Part shown: one piece after another, positions 29,083 to 38,535 of the stretch
Position numbering within the stretch: position 1 is the stretch's first letter
Layout: every line of letters begins with the position of its first letter
Assembly (NCBI GenBank): GCA_012520795.1
Contig: JAAYNP010000006.1
Span: 4,673 to 68,672 of the forward strand
DNA length: 64,000 nt
Direction: 5' to 3'
Source: Bacillota bacterium
GTDB taxonomy: Bacteria > Bacillota > Limnochordia > Darwinibacteriales > DTU012
The notes under the pieces: generated by a model
What the model saw: the letters and a program-made list of their open reading frames with translations, nothing else
The model's database searches: none
Told to the model about the DNA's origin: nothing
Translations under genes and position numbers: made by a program

Positions 29083-30093
29083 ATGAGTGAAGTTTACAAG
29101 CAGGCCGGAGTTGATTTGTCCGCTGGGTATCAGGCGGTAAAAGAGATCAAGAAACTTGCTGCCCGCGCCACTAGGCCGGAAGTGTTGAGTGCTGTTGGTG
29201 GATTCGGGGGATTGTTTGCAATTCCGCTGGAGCGGTACCGGCGTCCGGTGCTGGTTTCGGGAACCGATGGAGTGGGAACCAAACTGAAACTGGCATTTAC
29301 CCTTGGTAAACATGATACGGTGGGTATTGATTTGGTGGCCATGTGTGTTAACGATGTGGTTGCCCAGGGGGCAGAACCACTGTTTTTCCTGGATTATATT
29401 GCCACGGGCAAGCTGAAGCCTGAGCTGGTGTTGGAAATCATCAAAGGGATCGCCGATGGCTGTATTGAGGCGGGCTGTGCTTTGCTCGGCGGGGAAACCG
29501 CGGAAATGCCCGGGTTTTACCAGTATGAAGAATACGATTTGGCAGGGTTCTGTGTGGGAATTGTGGAACAGGATCAGATTATTACAGGCAGGACGATTAC
29601 CGTTGGCGACGTGCTGATTGGGCTGCCCAGCAGTGGTGTTCACAGCAACGGCTTTGCTTTAGCCAGGAAGATTATCGCAGATCACCAGCTGGATTTGAAT
29701 GAAATCGGCTGGGAACTGCTGACTCCGACCCGGATTTATGTCAAACCGATTTTGAGACTACTGAACAAGTTTCCAATCGGAGGTATAGCCCACATTACCG
29801 GCGGCGGTTTCATTGAAAATATCCCCCGGATTTTACCTCCTGGAGTGAATGCCGAGATCGATCTTGGCAGTTGGCCAATTCCGCCAATTTTTGCCAAACT
29901 GCAGCATTACGGCAAGATGCAGCTTGAAGAGATGTTCAATGTATTTAACATGGGGATTGGCATGATTGTTACGGTAAAACCTGAATTGGCCGGCCCGGTT
30001 ATTGATACCCTTCAGGGCGAGGGTTGGCAGGCATACCCGATTGGAACCGTTGTTTCTGGATCCCGACAGGTAGTGTTTAAGGAGGGAGCTTAG
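29083..30093 (+). CDS. purM: phosphoribosylformylglycinamidine cyclo-ligase PurM
   Basis: AIR synthetase motifs (YKQAGVD, VSGTDGVGTKL). Confidence 0.85.
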   Translation: MSEVYKQAGVDLSAGYQAVKEIKKLAARATRPEVLSAVGGFGGLFAIPLERYRRPVLVSGTDGVGTKLKLAFTLGKHDTVGIDLVAMCVNDVVAQGAEPLFFLDYIATGKLKPELVLEIIKGIADGCIEAGCALLGGETAEMPGFYQYEEYDLAGFCVGIVEQDQIITGRTITVGDVLIGLPSSGVHSNGFALARKIIADHQLDLNEIGWELLTPTRIYVKPILRLLNKFPIGGIAHITGGGFIENIPRILPPGVNAEIDLGSWPIPPIFAKLQHYGKMQLEEMFNVFNMGIGMIVTVKPELAGPVIDTLQGEGWQAYPIGTVVSGSRQVVFKEGA

Positions 30094-30728
30094 TGGTCCG
30101 TATCGCTGTTTTTGCTTCAGGCACAGGCTCTAATTATGAGGCAATTATGAAGTATGCAGATCAACTGGCTGTTCCAGACATACAGATCAGCCTTCTGGTA
30201 TGTGATCAGCCGCAAGCAGGTGCCATTGCCAAAGCTCAGCAGTGGCAGACCCCGGTGTTTTTGGTGCAAAGACGGCAGTTTGCGGACAAAAAAGCTTTTG
30301 AACAACATATCTTGCTCCGCCTGAAAGAGGATAAAATTGAGTTCATTGCCCTGGCAGGCTATATGCGCCTGATTGGGCCTACACTTTTGAACGAGTATTA
30401 CGGCAGAATTATCAATCTGCATCCGTCACTTTTGCCTACTTTCCCTGGGCTTGATGCAGTTGGGCAGGCGCTCAGCGCAGGGGTTAAGGTGACGGGGGTT
30501 ACAGTCCATTTTGTCGATGCAGGCATGGACACAGGCCCGATTATTGCCCAGCAAGCTGTAACTGTGGATGACTGCGATGATCACGAGAGCCTGTCCCGGA
30601 AGATTCATGCGGTGGAACATGATCTGTATCCGAGGATTGTTCATCAATGTGCGACAGGACAGATATATCTTGACCAGGGACGGGTGTGCTACCGTGTACT
30701 ATCCAGTCTTCGGTCAAGTGAGGAGTGA
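30093..30728 (+). CDS. purN: phosphoribosylglycinamide formyltransferase PurN
   Basis: Motifs FASGTGSN and NLHPSLLP. Overlaps the purM stop. Confidence 0.85.
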   Translation: MVRIAVFASGTGSNYEAIMKYADQLAVPDIQISLLVCDQPQAGAIAKAQQWQTPVFLVQRRQFADKKAFEQHILLRLKEDKIEFIALAGYMRLIGPTLLNEYYGRIINLHPSLLPTFPGLDAVGQALSAGVKVTGVTVHFVDAGMDTGPIIAQQAVTVDDCDDHESLSRKIHAVEHDLYPRIVHQCATGQIYLDQGRVCYRVLSSLRSSEE

Positions 30729-30733
30729 GCATT

Positions 30734-32014
30734 ATGCGAGTACTTGTAATCGGCAGTGGAGGGCGCGAACATGCCATTTGCTGGAAATTGATGCAGGATG
30801 ATCCTGAACTAGAGCTTTTCTGTGCTCCAGGCAACGGCGGGATCGGGGAAATTGCCACCTTGGTCCCGATCCCGGTTACGGAAACGCAGCAGCTGCTTAG
30901 TTTTGCTTTGGAACATAAGATTGATATGACCATAGTTGGCCCAGAACTACCGTTGAGTCTTGGGATTGTGGATATGTTTCAGGATGCTGGTTTGCCGATA
31001 TTCGGCCCCACGCGCCTGGCGGCTGAGATTGAAACCAGCAAGGCTTTTGCCAAGGATTTTATGGTCCGCCACGGGATTCCCACGGCAGATTACCAGGTAT
31101 TTTCGGATGCTGCGGCAGCCCTCGAGTTCGTGGAGGCCTCTCCAATCCCAATCGTCGTCAAAGCAGATGGGCTCGCTGCCGGCAAAGGCGTGATTGTTTG
31201 CCACAACCGCAGGCAGGCGGAGGATGCAGTGAAGGCGAGTTTTTCCATAGACACAAAAGTTGTCATTGAGGAATTCCTGGTGGGCGAGGAACTGTCGTTA
31301 ATGGCCTTTATAGACGGGAAAACGGTAGTGCCCATGCCGGCTGCTAAGGATCACAAGCGGGTCTATGACAACGACAAGGGGCCCAATACCGGTGGAATGG
31401 GAGCTTATGCCCCAATTCCCCATATGGGCGAGGAGGTGGTTCAAGAGGCGCTGGACACAATCCTGGTGCCTGCGGCAAACGCCTTGGCTGCAGAAGGGCG
31501 CAGTTTCACCGGTGTTCTGTATGCTGGGCTGATGCTGACCGATAACGGACTTAAGGTCATTGAATTCAATGCCCGCTTTGGCGATCCTGAGGTGCAGGTT
31601 GTCCTGCCTTTGCTTGATTCTGGACTGCTTGCCATCATCACTGCATGCGTGGAACAAAGGCTGGCGGCTTATGCAGGAATTAAATGGGACCAAAGCTCAG
31701 CGGTGGTAGTAGTCTTGTCTTCCCGTGGATATCCAGGCAAATACCAAACAGGAAAGCTGATTTCCGGAGTAGTCAAAGCCAGCCGGAGTTCGGAGGTAAG
31801 AGTTTTCCATGCCGGCACAGCATATCATGGGGGCCGTCTGATAACGGCCGGAGGCAGGGTCCTGGCGGTGGTAGGGTTGGGCCCTGATCTGAAACAGGCA
31901 CAGATGTGCGCATACAGAGCTGTATCTGAAATTAGTTTCGAGAATATGCATTTCCGCAGAGACATCGCAGCCAAAGCTTTGGCAAAAACAGTTCCGAATC
32001 ATATTTCCGATTGA
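30734..32014 (+). CDS. purD: phosphoribosylamine--glycine ligase PurD
   Basis: MRVLVIGSGGREHA N-terminus and an ATP-grasp fold. Confidence 0.85.
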   Translation: MRVLVIGSGGREHAICWKLMQDDPELELFCAPGNGGIGEIATLVPIPVTETQQLLSFALEHKIDMTIVGPELPLSLGIVDMFQDAGLPIFGPTRLAAEIETSKAFAKDFMVRHGIPTADYQVFSDAAAALEFVEASPIPIVVKADGLAAGKGVIVCHNRRQAEDAVKASFSIDTKVVIEEFLVGEELSLMAFIDGKTVVPMPAAKDHKRVYDNDKGPNTGGMGAYAPIPHMGEEVVQEALDTILVPAANALAAEGRSFTGVLYAGLMLTDNGLKVIEFNARFGDPEVQVVLPLLDSGLLAIITACVEQRLAAYAGIKWDQSSAVVVVLSSRGYPGKYQTGKLISGVVKASRSSEVRVFHAGTAYHGGRLITAGGRVLAVVGLGPDLKQAQMCAYRAVSEISFENMHFRRDIAAKALAKTVPNHISD

Positions 32015-32039
32015 TAGTCCTGTCACAATCAGTTATAAT
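32011..32039 (+). promoter_or_regulatory. sigma-A type promoter TTGATA-17-TATAAT immediately after purD
   Basis: -35 at 32011-32016 and -10 at 32034-32039. Confidence 0.45.
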
Positions 32040-32099
32040 GGAATTGCATATCTTTACGGCGAATAAAATTTACACCGTCTGTGAAAGGAGGTCTATCTG

Positions 32100-32177
32100 A
32101 TGATGATGTTTCGTCAAAATGATTTTTTAGTTAGCATTGCCGGTGTAGGCCTTCCTTTGGGGTTGAGTCGGCTCTAG
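32100..32177 (+). CDS. small hydrophobic leader ORF (25 aa, MMMFRQNDFLVSIAGVGLPLGLSRL)
   Basis: Perfect RBS aaaggagg 8 nt upstream of a triple ATG. It lies between the promoter and the Mor-family gene. Not in the supplied ORF track, which has no ORF under 60 aa. Confidence 0.3.
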   Translation: MMMFRQNDFLVSIAGVGLPLGLSRL

Positions 32178-32254
32178 GTTTTATTTGGGTTTCGCAACCG
32201 AGGGAGTGCCAATGCCGCAGGATTTGATTGACCAAAAGGAGGACGTTGGCACTT

Positions 32255-32512
32255 ATGTACAAGAATGCCGCAGATATTTTGCCGCGGTCTTTGGTTGAAG
32301 AGATTCAGAAATATGTGCAGGGAAGGGAAATTTACATCCCGAAGCAGCCCAACAAACACCTCGGCTGGGGAGAACGGAACGGAACCAAGCATTGGCTCAA
32401 CAAGCGCAATCAGGAAATCAGGCAAAAATACCGCTCAGGATCCTCGGTGGAGGCATTGATGGAAAGCTACCATTTAAGTTACGACAGCATCCGCAGGATT
32501 ATCAGAGAGTGA
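32255..32512 (+). CDS. Mor/CD3324-like small HTH transcriptional activator family protein
   Basis: 85 aa, GREIYIPK motif, C-terminal HTH-like ESYHLSYDSIRRII. RBS aaaggagg. Confidence 0.5.
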   Translation: MYKNAADILPRSLVEEIQKYVQGREIYIPKQPNKHLGWGERNGTKHWLNKRNQEIRQKYRSGSSVEALMESYHLSYDSIRRIIRE

Positions 32513-32519
32513 TCAATAA

Positions 32520-32553
32520 CCTGTTGCCGGAAAGTGGCAGCAGGTTTTTCTTT
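32520..32553 (+). terminator. rho-independent terminator after the Mor-family gene
   Basis: Stem ccuguugcc / ggcagcagg (one G-U pair) followed by tttttcttt. Confidence 0.5.
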
Positions 32554-32597
32554 ATGTTATATTAGAGGTAATAATTGGGTTGTGGAGGTGTGAACGA

Positions 32598-35111
32598 TTG
32601 AATTTGGAGCAGCTGCGCGAACAGTTTTTGAACCCTGCGGACGAGTTTGGCCCCATTCCGTTTTGGTTTTGGAATGATCATCTGACTGAAGAGGAGATAA
32701 CCAGGCAAATCCAGGATTTTAAAGCCAAAGGCGTTAATGGATTTGTGATTCATCCCCGGATTGGAATCCCCAAAGAAATCGAGTATCTGTCAGACCGGTT
32801 CATGGAATTGGTGGCCTGTGCTGTGGAGGCGGCTGAAAAGTTGGGAATGCAAGTGATCTTGTACGACGAGGGAATGTATCCCTCCGGTTCCGCCCACGGC
32901 AAGGTTGTCGCCTCTAATCCCCGGTTTGCCAGCCGCGGCCTTCAACTGCGGGAGTATGCTGTTTCAGGCCATCTGGAACTTAAGCCTGAGCTGGAACCTG
33001 ATGACCGGTTGGTTTCCATTCAGGCCGCAAAAAAGATTGATGAGAAGGTACTTGATCCAAAAAGCCTGCTGATTTTGACTTTAGAGGAAGACAGAATTGT
33101 GTTTACAGCCCCTGATCAGGAGCAGTGGGTGCTGATGCTGTTTGTGGAAACATATTCCAGAGGCACCATTCGCGGGATTCATTTCGGGGAGGATGACGGC
33201 CAACCGGGAGCGCCTCCCAGTGCAGATCTGCTCAACCCCGAAGCTGTGAAGGCTTTTATTGAGTGCACTCATGAAAGGTATTATCAATACTTAAGCCGGC
33301 ATTTTGGGCACACGGTTATTGCCATGTTCACCGATGAACCAGCGATCCTCGGCCGCCGGGGCAAAAGGGGGCTGAGGCCCTGGACCGATGGATTTTTGGA
33401 GTGGTACCGTAAGTTTGGCGGTAGTGAATTGGATCTGGCAGCACTGTGGTTTGAAGCCGGTGAGGAAACCGGTAAGAAGCGCAGGCTGTACAAGCAGGCA
33501 GTGAATGCACTTCTGGAACAGTCATACTACAGGCAGATTTCTGAGTGGTGCGCCGGGCACAACATTGCCTTAACCGGGCATCCGGAACGGAGTACTGATA
33601 TTGGTGTGCTTAAGCATTTCCAGATTCCCGGCCAAGATGTGGTGTGGCGCTGGGTGGCGCCAGAGAACAATCTTGCGATTACCGGGGAGCACAGCACCAT
33701 GGCAAAGTGTTCATCAGACGCTGCCAGACATGCCGGACTGCGCAGAAACGCCAATGAGTGCTTTGGCTGCTGCGGGCCGGACGGTATTCACTGGGCGTTT
33801 AGTGTCCGGGACATGAAATGGTATATGGACTGGCTGTTCGTGCGAGGTGTAAACCTGTTGTACCCCCATGCCTTCTTTTATTCCATAGACGGCAAGGGCA
33901 GGTATGATGAGCGCCCGCCGGATGTCGGCCCCAATAATATCTGGTGGCCTCACTACCGGGTCATTGCCGATTATATCAAGCGCCTCAGCTGGCTTAATAC
34001 CGACAGTGTCAATCAGGCACAAGTGGCGGTGTTGTGTGAGCCCGATCATTTGCCGTGGCAGATCGTGCAGCCATTGTATGAGCACCAAATTGAGTTCAAT
34101 TATTTGGAGAACCGGCTGTTTGCCGAAAAGGTGAAAGTTGAGGGCGGGAAGCTGGCAATAGCGGCCCAGAAATACTCAGTATTGCTGGTTGAAGACCCTG
34201 TTCAGATTACTCCTGAAGTGGAGAGCGTCTTGACTGATTTTGCAAAGCAGGATGGAGCGGTTCTGATCTTCAATCTGGACCGGCAAAAGCTCCCATGGGA
34301 GTGGGCATGTGAAATCCGCGATTTGGGCCGGCTTGTACCGGAGCTCGAAAAACGGATCAGCCGTGATTTCTGTTTTGAACCAACCTGCAGTCAGCTGCGC
34401 TGTACTCATGTAGTAAAAGACTATTTGCACCTCTATCTCCTGGTTAACGAGGGAGATCAGCCGATTGCCGGTACAGCTGAGATTGATCAACAAGGATGTG
34501 TGGAAGTATGGGATGCCTGGTCTGGTACCACGAAAAAGGCCCCGGTGAAGATAAACTCCAGATCCAAGACATCAATCGATGTTCAGCTTGCCGGGCGGCA
34601 GAGCATGATCATTACGGTCGATCCCCGCAGGGAACCTGCAGTGGAGCAGGAAAGCCCGGCTGCAGCCGGTGCGGGCAAGCCGCGTGCGGTCATCACTGAA
34701 ACCATTACCCTTGATGGTGGGTGGAGGATTGCAGACTCACCGCTGCCCATGGACGTTGGACACCAACTGCGGTCGTGGGTTGAATTTGAGGGCATGGAGA
34801 ACTATTCCGGCACCTTTACGTATCTTAACCAGTTCGATCTTGATCCGAGTAAAGGAGAGTGTCAGCAAATCGTGCTGGATTTGGGCGAGGTATGGGAGCT
34901 TGCCGCTGTTGAGATCAATGGAGCCGATGCGGGAGTGTGTCTGCTGCCGCCTTATCAGTTTGATCTGACTGAATATGTGCAGCCGGGATCGAACCGGGTT
35001 CGAGTCAGTGTTACCAATTCCAGGGCAAATGAGCTGGCCGGTGCCAAAATCACATCCGGCATGCTTGGACCGGTGACAGTACGGGTTGTCAGGCAGGACA
35101 GCCACGGCTGA
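32598..35111 (+). CDS. glycoside hydrolase-like protein (GH106-like alpha-L-rhamnosidase family candidate) with a C-terminal galactose-binding-like domain
   Basis: The N-terminal motif PIPFWFWNDHLTEEEITRQIQDFKAKGVNGFVIHPRIG is characteristic of this glycosyl hydrolase family as I recall it. The C-terminal beta-sandwich resembles the GH2 sugar-binding type. Start TTG 32598 (alternative TTG 32580). Confidence 0.5.
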   Translation: MNLEQLREQFLNPADEFGPIPFWFWNDHLTEEEITRQIQDFKAKGVNGFVIHPRIGIPKEIEYLSDRFMELVACAVEAAEKLGMQVILYDEGMYPSGSAHGKVVASNPRFASRGLQLREYAVSGHLELKPELEPDDRLVSIQAAKKIDEKVLDPKSLLILTLEEDRIVFTAPDQEQWVLMLFVETYSRGTIRGIHFGEDDGQPGAPPSADLLNPEAVKAFIECTHERYYQYLSRHFGHTVIAMFTDEPAILGRRGKRGLRPWTDGFLEWYRKFGGSELDLAALWFEAGEETGKKRRLYKQAVNALLEQSYYRQISEWCAGHNIALTGHPERSTDIGVLKHFQIPGQDVVWRWVAPENNLAITGEHSTMAKCSSDAARHAGLRRNANECFGCCGPDGIHWAFSVRDMKWYMDWLFVRGVNLLYPHAFFYSIDGKGRYDERPPDVGPNNIWWPHYRVIADYIKRLSWLNTDSVNQAQVAVLCEPDHLPWQIVQPLYEHQIEFNYLENRLFAEKVKVEGGKLAIAAQKYSVLLVEDPVQITPEVESVLTDFAKQDGAVLIFNLDRQKLPWEWACEIRDLGRLVPELEKRISRDFCFEPTCSQLRCTHVVKDYLHLYLLVNEGDQPIAGTAEIDQQGCVEVWDAWSGTTKKAPVKINSRSKTSIDVQLAGRQSMIITVDPRREPAVEQESPAAAGAGKPRAVITETITLDGGWRIADSPLPMDVGHQLRSWVEFEGMENYSGTFTYLNQFDLDPSKGECQQIVLDLGEVWELAAVEINGADAGVCLLPPYQFDLTEYVQPGSNRVRVSVTNSRANELAGAKITSGMLGPVTVRVVRQDSHG

Positions 35112-35388
35112 CCCTCTGAAAAAACGATTCCGATTCATTTACAGCCTCGCATTCAGCAAGGCCCTGTGGTATGCTGAAGGCAGGGAGCAGGTCGATAATT
35201 ACTCCCTGGAAAGGAGTGATTCCGTTGATCACAAAGAGGTGGCTTAAAGGGTAGCTTTTAAGCTAACGCAGGTAGCTCTCCCTGGGGGCTGCCTGTGCCG
35301 CGTTCAAGAGGAAACAGCGGAGTTTGACGCAGGATATTTCCCACCTCGGCGTGAATTATTGGATAAAAGCAGCAGAGGTGGTTTTCTA

Positions 35389-36114
35389 GTGAACAGCGGC
35401 TATGAGTATTCAAGGCGTTTTTTGAACGCCTTCATCGGTATTGAACAGGCATTGGAAAAAATTGTGAAAAACAAGCGGCGTGTGCCATTTTATCAGCTGG
35501 TGGACCTGGCAGCCAAGACTGATCCTTTTGTACGGGAGATAGCCATCGAGTTAAAAGAATATGGTGATCTTCGCAATGCTATTGTCCATGAGAGGATAGA
35601 TGATAAACCCATTGCCGAACCCCATCAAGATGTCGTTGAACGTCTGGAGCGGATTCGCGTTCTGATGCATTCGCCACCTACCGTGGAAGAGTCGTTTCTG
35701 GGGCCTGTGATAACCTGCAATCTTGAGGACAGCATAAGTGCTGCTATTACCAAGATGCACGCCAACTCTTTTTCTAAGCTGCCGGTGTACAAAAGCCATC
35801 GGTTTATGGGGATCTTGACAGCAGAGGCTGTCACCTATTGGCTGGCGGATCACCTGACGGCTGAGCTCAATCTGGCCGAGGTCACAGTGGAGGCAGTGCT
35901 TCGTTATCTTCACAACCCGGACAACTACCGTTTCGTGCCTCCAACTTGTTCATTGGTGAAGGTGTTGAAGATCTTCGAGGATTTCAGCCACCGCGGCAAG
36001 AGAATCCAGGCGGTGCTGATCAGCGAGGACGGCACTGAAACCGGGACACTGTTGGGGATCATTACCGTTTTTGACTTACCGAGAATCTACCAGATCTTGG
36101 AGAAAAAGCACTAA
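35389..36114 (+). CDS. CBS domain-containing protein
   Basis: Tandem CBS motifs in the C-terminal half. GTG start after agaggtgg. Confidence 0.6.
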   Translation: MNSGYEYSRRFLNAFIGIEQALEKIVKNKRRVPFYQLVDLAAKTDPFVREIAIELKEYGDLRNAIVHERIDDKPIAEPHQDVVERLERIRVLMHSPPTVEESFLGPVITCNLEDSISAAITKMHANSFSKLPVYKSHRFMGILTAEAVTYWLADHLTAELNLAEVTVEAVLRYLHNPDNYRFVPPTCSLVKVLKIFEDFSHRGKRIQAVLISEDGTETGTLLGIITVFDLPRIYQILEKKH

Positions 36115-36128
36115 AGGCAATACTGGCG

Positions 36129-36986
36129 TCAATGGTGCCCCGCCCCATGCTGTTTACGGTATTCCCGGGGGGATAGGCCGGTGATCCGTTTAAACATTCG
36201 TCCGAAATAGGTTTGACTCTCATAACCCACCATGTCAGCGATCTCCGTGATCGTCAGCCCTTCATCTGCCAGCAGTTTTTTGGCTTCCTGGATTCGGATT
36301 GTATTCAAATATTCGATCAATGTCAGCCCGGTCACCGCCTTAAACATCCGGGAAAGGTAGCATTGGCTGATGTAAAACTGAGCTGCCAATTGCTTAAGAG
36401 AGAACGGCCTTTGGTAATTTGTCCGAAGATACCGGACTATTTTGTGTATTTTTTCATGAACCGGGCTTAAAGGCTCGTAGACGCTGGAATCGGCAGTTCC
36501 GATCCTGGTCGCGACCAATAATAGTTCAATCAGCAGGATTTTCAGGTACAGCTCGGAATTGGGCTGCGGTTTTTGGTATTCAAGGCTCAGCTTTGACAAA
36601 ATGTTTTCAACCACAATCTGATCCGCAAGTTTCAGCCTGACAACCTTCGGTTCGCTGTAAAACCGGTTCATAATCGGATGAGCGACAATATCCGGGATCA
36701 GATCTTCCAGGAACCTGTCTTGGAAATAGACCACAGTACGTTCGTGGTCACGGTTATCCGCAGCGGTAGTCCGGTGCAGGACAAAACTGGGCACAAAGAT
36801 CAAGTCGCCCTGATGGACATGGTAGATGCGGTCGTCAATGAAATAGTAGCGCTGGCCTTTTCTAAGATAGTAGATTTCATGAGGTTTGTGGCTGTGCTTG
36901 TCATCCATGTTAAAAGCACCGCGTATATGGGATTGGATCCGAAACATATAGTTGAATCTGGGAATTGGAATCACCTCCGAATTCAT
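36129..36986 (-). CDS. AraC family transcriptional regulator (cupin sensor plus HTH)
   Basis: C-terminal AraC HTH signature (LKQLAAQFYISQCYLSRMFK; ITEIADMVGYESQTYFGRMFKRITGLSPREYR). Confidence 0.7.
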   Translation of the reverse strand: MNSEVIPIPRFNYMFRIQSHIRGAFNMDDKHSHKPHEIYYLRKGQRYYFIDDRIYHVHQGDLIFVPSFVLHRTTAADNRDHERTVVYFQDRFLEDLIPDIVAHPIMNRFYSEPKVVRLKLADQIVVENILSKLSLEYQKPQPNSELYLKILLIELLLVATRIGTADSSVYEPLSPVHEKIHKIVRYLRTNYQRPFSLKQLAAQFYISQCYLSRMFKAVTGLTLIEYLNTIRIQEAKKLLADEGLTITEIADMVGYESQTYFGRMFKRITGLSPREYRKQHGAGHH

Positions 36987-37120
36987 TATAAATATAATCA
37001 CTTTGGATCGCAAGATAGGTTGAATATCCCACAAATGAGCAAATAAATATTAGATTTATACATAAATTTGCTGTAAAATGGATTTAGCACAAACTAAGAC
37101 AAGGAGGCACTCAGTTCCCG

Positions 37121-38407
37121 ATGAAAAAACACAGGTATGTTCAGGTAGGAACCGGAGGAAGAGCCCGCTTCTTTTATGAAGCCCTGGTATCGACATACAA
37201 GGATACCAGTGAGTTGGTTGCTTTTTGTGACATAAACCCGGCACGGCTCGAGCATGCGGTCAATGCCTTAAAGGAAAAGCATGGTTATGGACCCGTCCGC
37301 ACCTATTTGGCACATGAGTTTGATCAAATGATCGAAACAGAAAGGCCCGATACAGTTATTGTGACATCGGTTGACCGGACCCATCACAAGTACATCTGCC
37401 GGGCTATGGAGCTTGGCTGTGACGTGATAACCGAGAAGCCCATGACAGTGGATGCAGACAAGTGCCAGCAGATTTTGGACACGATCAAAAAAACAGGGCG
37501 CAAACTGCGGGTTACCTTCAATTACCGTTATTCTCCTTACAATACGAAAATCCGGGAGCTGATTGCCAATGGAACAATTGGAGACGTAACCTCAGTGCAT
37601 TTTGAGTGGCTGCTCAACACTCTCCACGGTGCTGACTATTTCCGCAGATGGCACAGGGACAAACGCAACAGCGGCGGATTGCTGGTCCATAAGGCAACCC
37701 ACCATTTTGACCTGGTCAATTTCTGGATCGGCAGTCAGCCTGAAACAGTGTTTGCCATGGGTGACCTCTTGTTCTATGGGCGGGAAAATGCCGAAAACCG
37801 CGGTGTGACAAAATTCTACTACCGCGGCACCGGTTCTGAAAATGCCAAAGACGATCCATTTGCCTTGGATTTGTCCAAAAACCCGTCCTTGGCCAAGCTG
37901 TACCTGGAAGCCGAGCAATATGACGGCTATCTCCGGGACCAAAGCGTATTTGGCGACGGTATCAGCATCGAAGACACCATGGGAGTGCTTGTTCGCTACA
38001 AGAACAAGGCCATTCTTACTTACTCGCTCAATGCCTACATGCCGTGGGAAGGTTACCGTGTGGCTTGCAACGGCACTAAAGGCCGGATTCAGGTTGATAT
38101 TGGTGAAAAAAGCTATATCAATGCCGGTGGGGACCAGGATATGGAAGGCACTGTGGCTATAAAGCGGATTGTTGTTTACCCAATGTTCGGAGAGCGCTAT
38201 GAAGTGCCGGTTGAAGAGGCTCCGGGTGGGCACGGCGGCGGTGATCCCCGCATGCTCGAGGATATCTTTGGTGAGCCAGAGCACGATCCTTACAACCGTG
38301 CCGCATCCCACGTCGATGGCGCCATGTCAATTCTCGTGGGTATAGCCGGCAACAAGTCAATTGCAACAGGCCTTCCTGTAAGAATTGCAGATTTGGTCCA
38401 GTTCTAA
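37121..38407 (+). CDS. Gfo/Idh/MocA family oxidoreductase
   Basis: N-terminal Rossmann motif VQVGTGGRARFF and the family C-terminal domain. Confidence 0.75.
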   Translation: MKKHRYVQVGTGGRARFFYEALVSTYKDTSELVAFCDINPARLEHAVNALKEKHGYGPVRTYLAHEFDQMIETERPDTVIVTSVDRTHHKYICRAMELGCDVITEKPMTVDADKCQQILDTIKKTGRKLRVTFNYRYSPYNTKIRELIANGTIGDVTSVHFEWLLNTLHGADYFRRWHRDKRNSGGLLVHKATHHFDLVNFWIGSQPETVFAMGDLLFYGRENAENRGVTKFYYRGTGSENAKDDPFALDLSKNPSLAKLYLEAEQYDGYLRDQSVFGDGISIEDTMGVLVRYKNKAILTYSLNAYMPWEGYRVACNGTKGRIQVDIGEKSYINAGGDQDMEGTVAIKRIVVYPMFGERYEVPVEEAPGGHGGGDPRMLEDIFGEPEHDPYNRAASHVDGAMSILVGIAGNKSIATGLPVRIADLVQF

Positions 38408-38468
38408 AACGCATCAGCAGGCAGGGACAGGAAACAGTAGATGATTATGTAACAGCTCTCCGAGATTC

Positions 38469-38505
38469 AAAAAGGCGCTTTTCTTCGAAAAGCGCCTTTT
38501 TTCTT
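38469..38505. terminator. bidirectional rho-independent terminator
   Basis: 13-14 bp perfect stem aaaaggcgctttt / aaaagcgcctttt with U-runs on both strands. Confidence 0.7.
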
Positions 38506-38535
38506 GGCGTCAAACTTGCTGTCTGTTGTTAAGGA

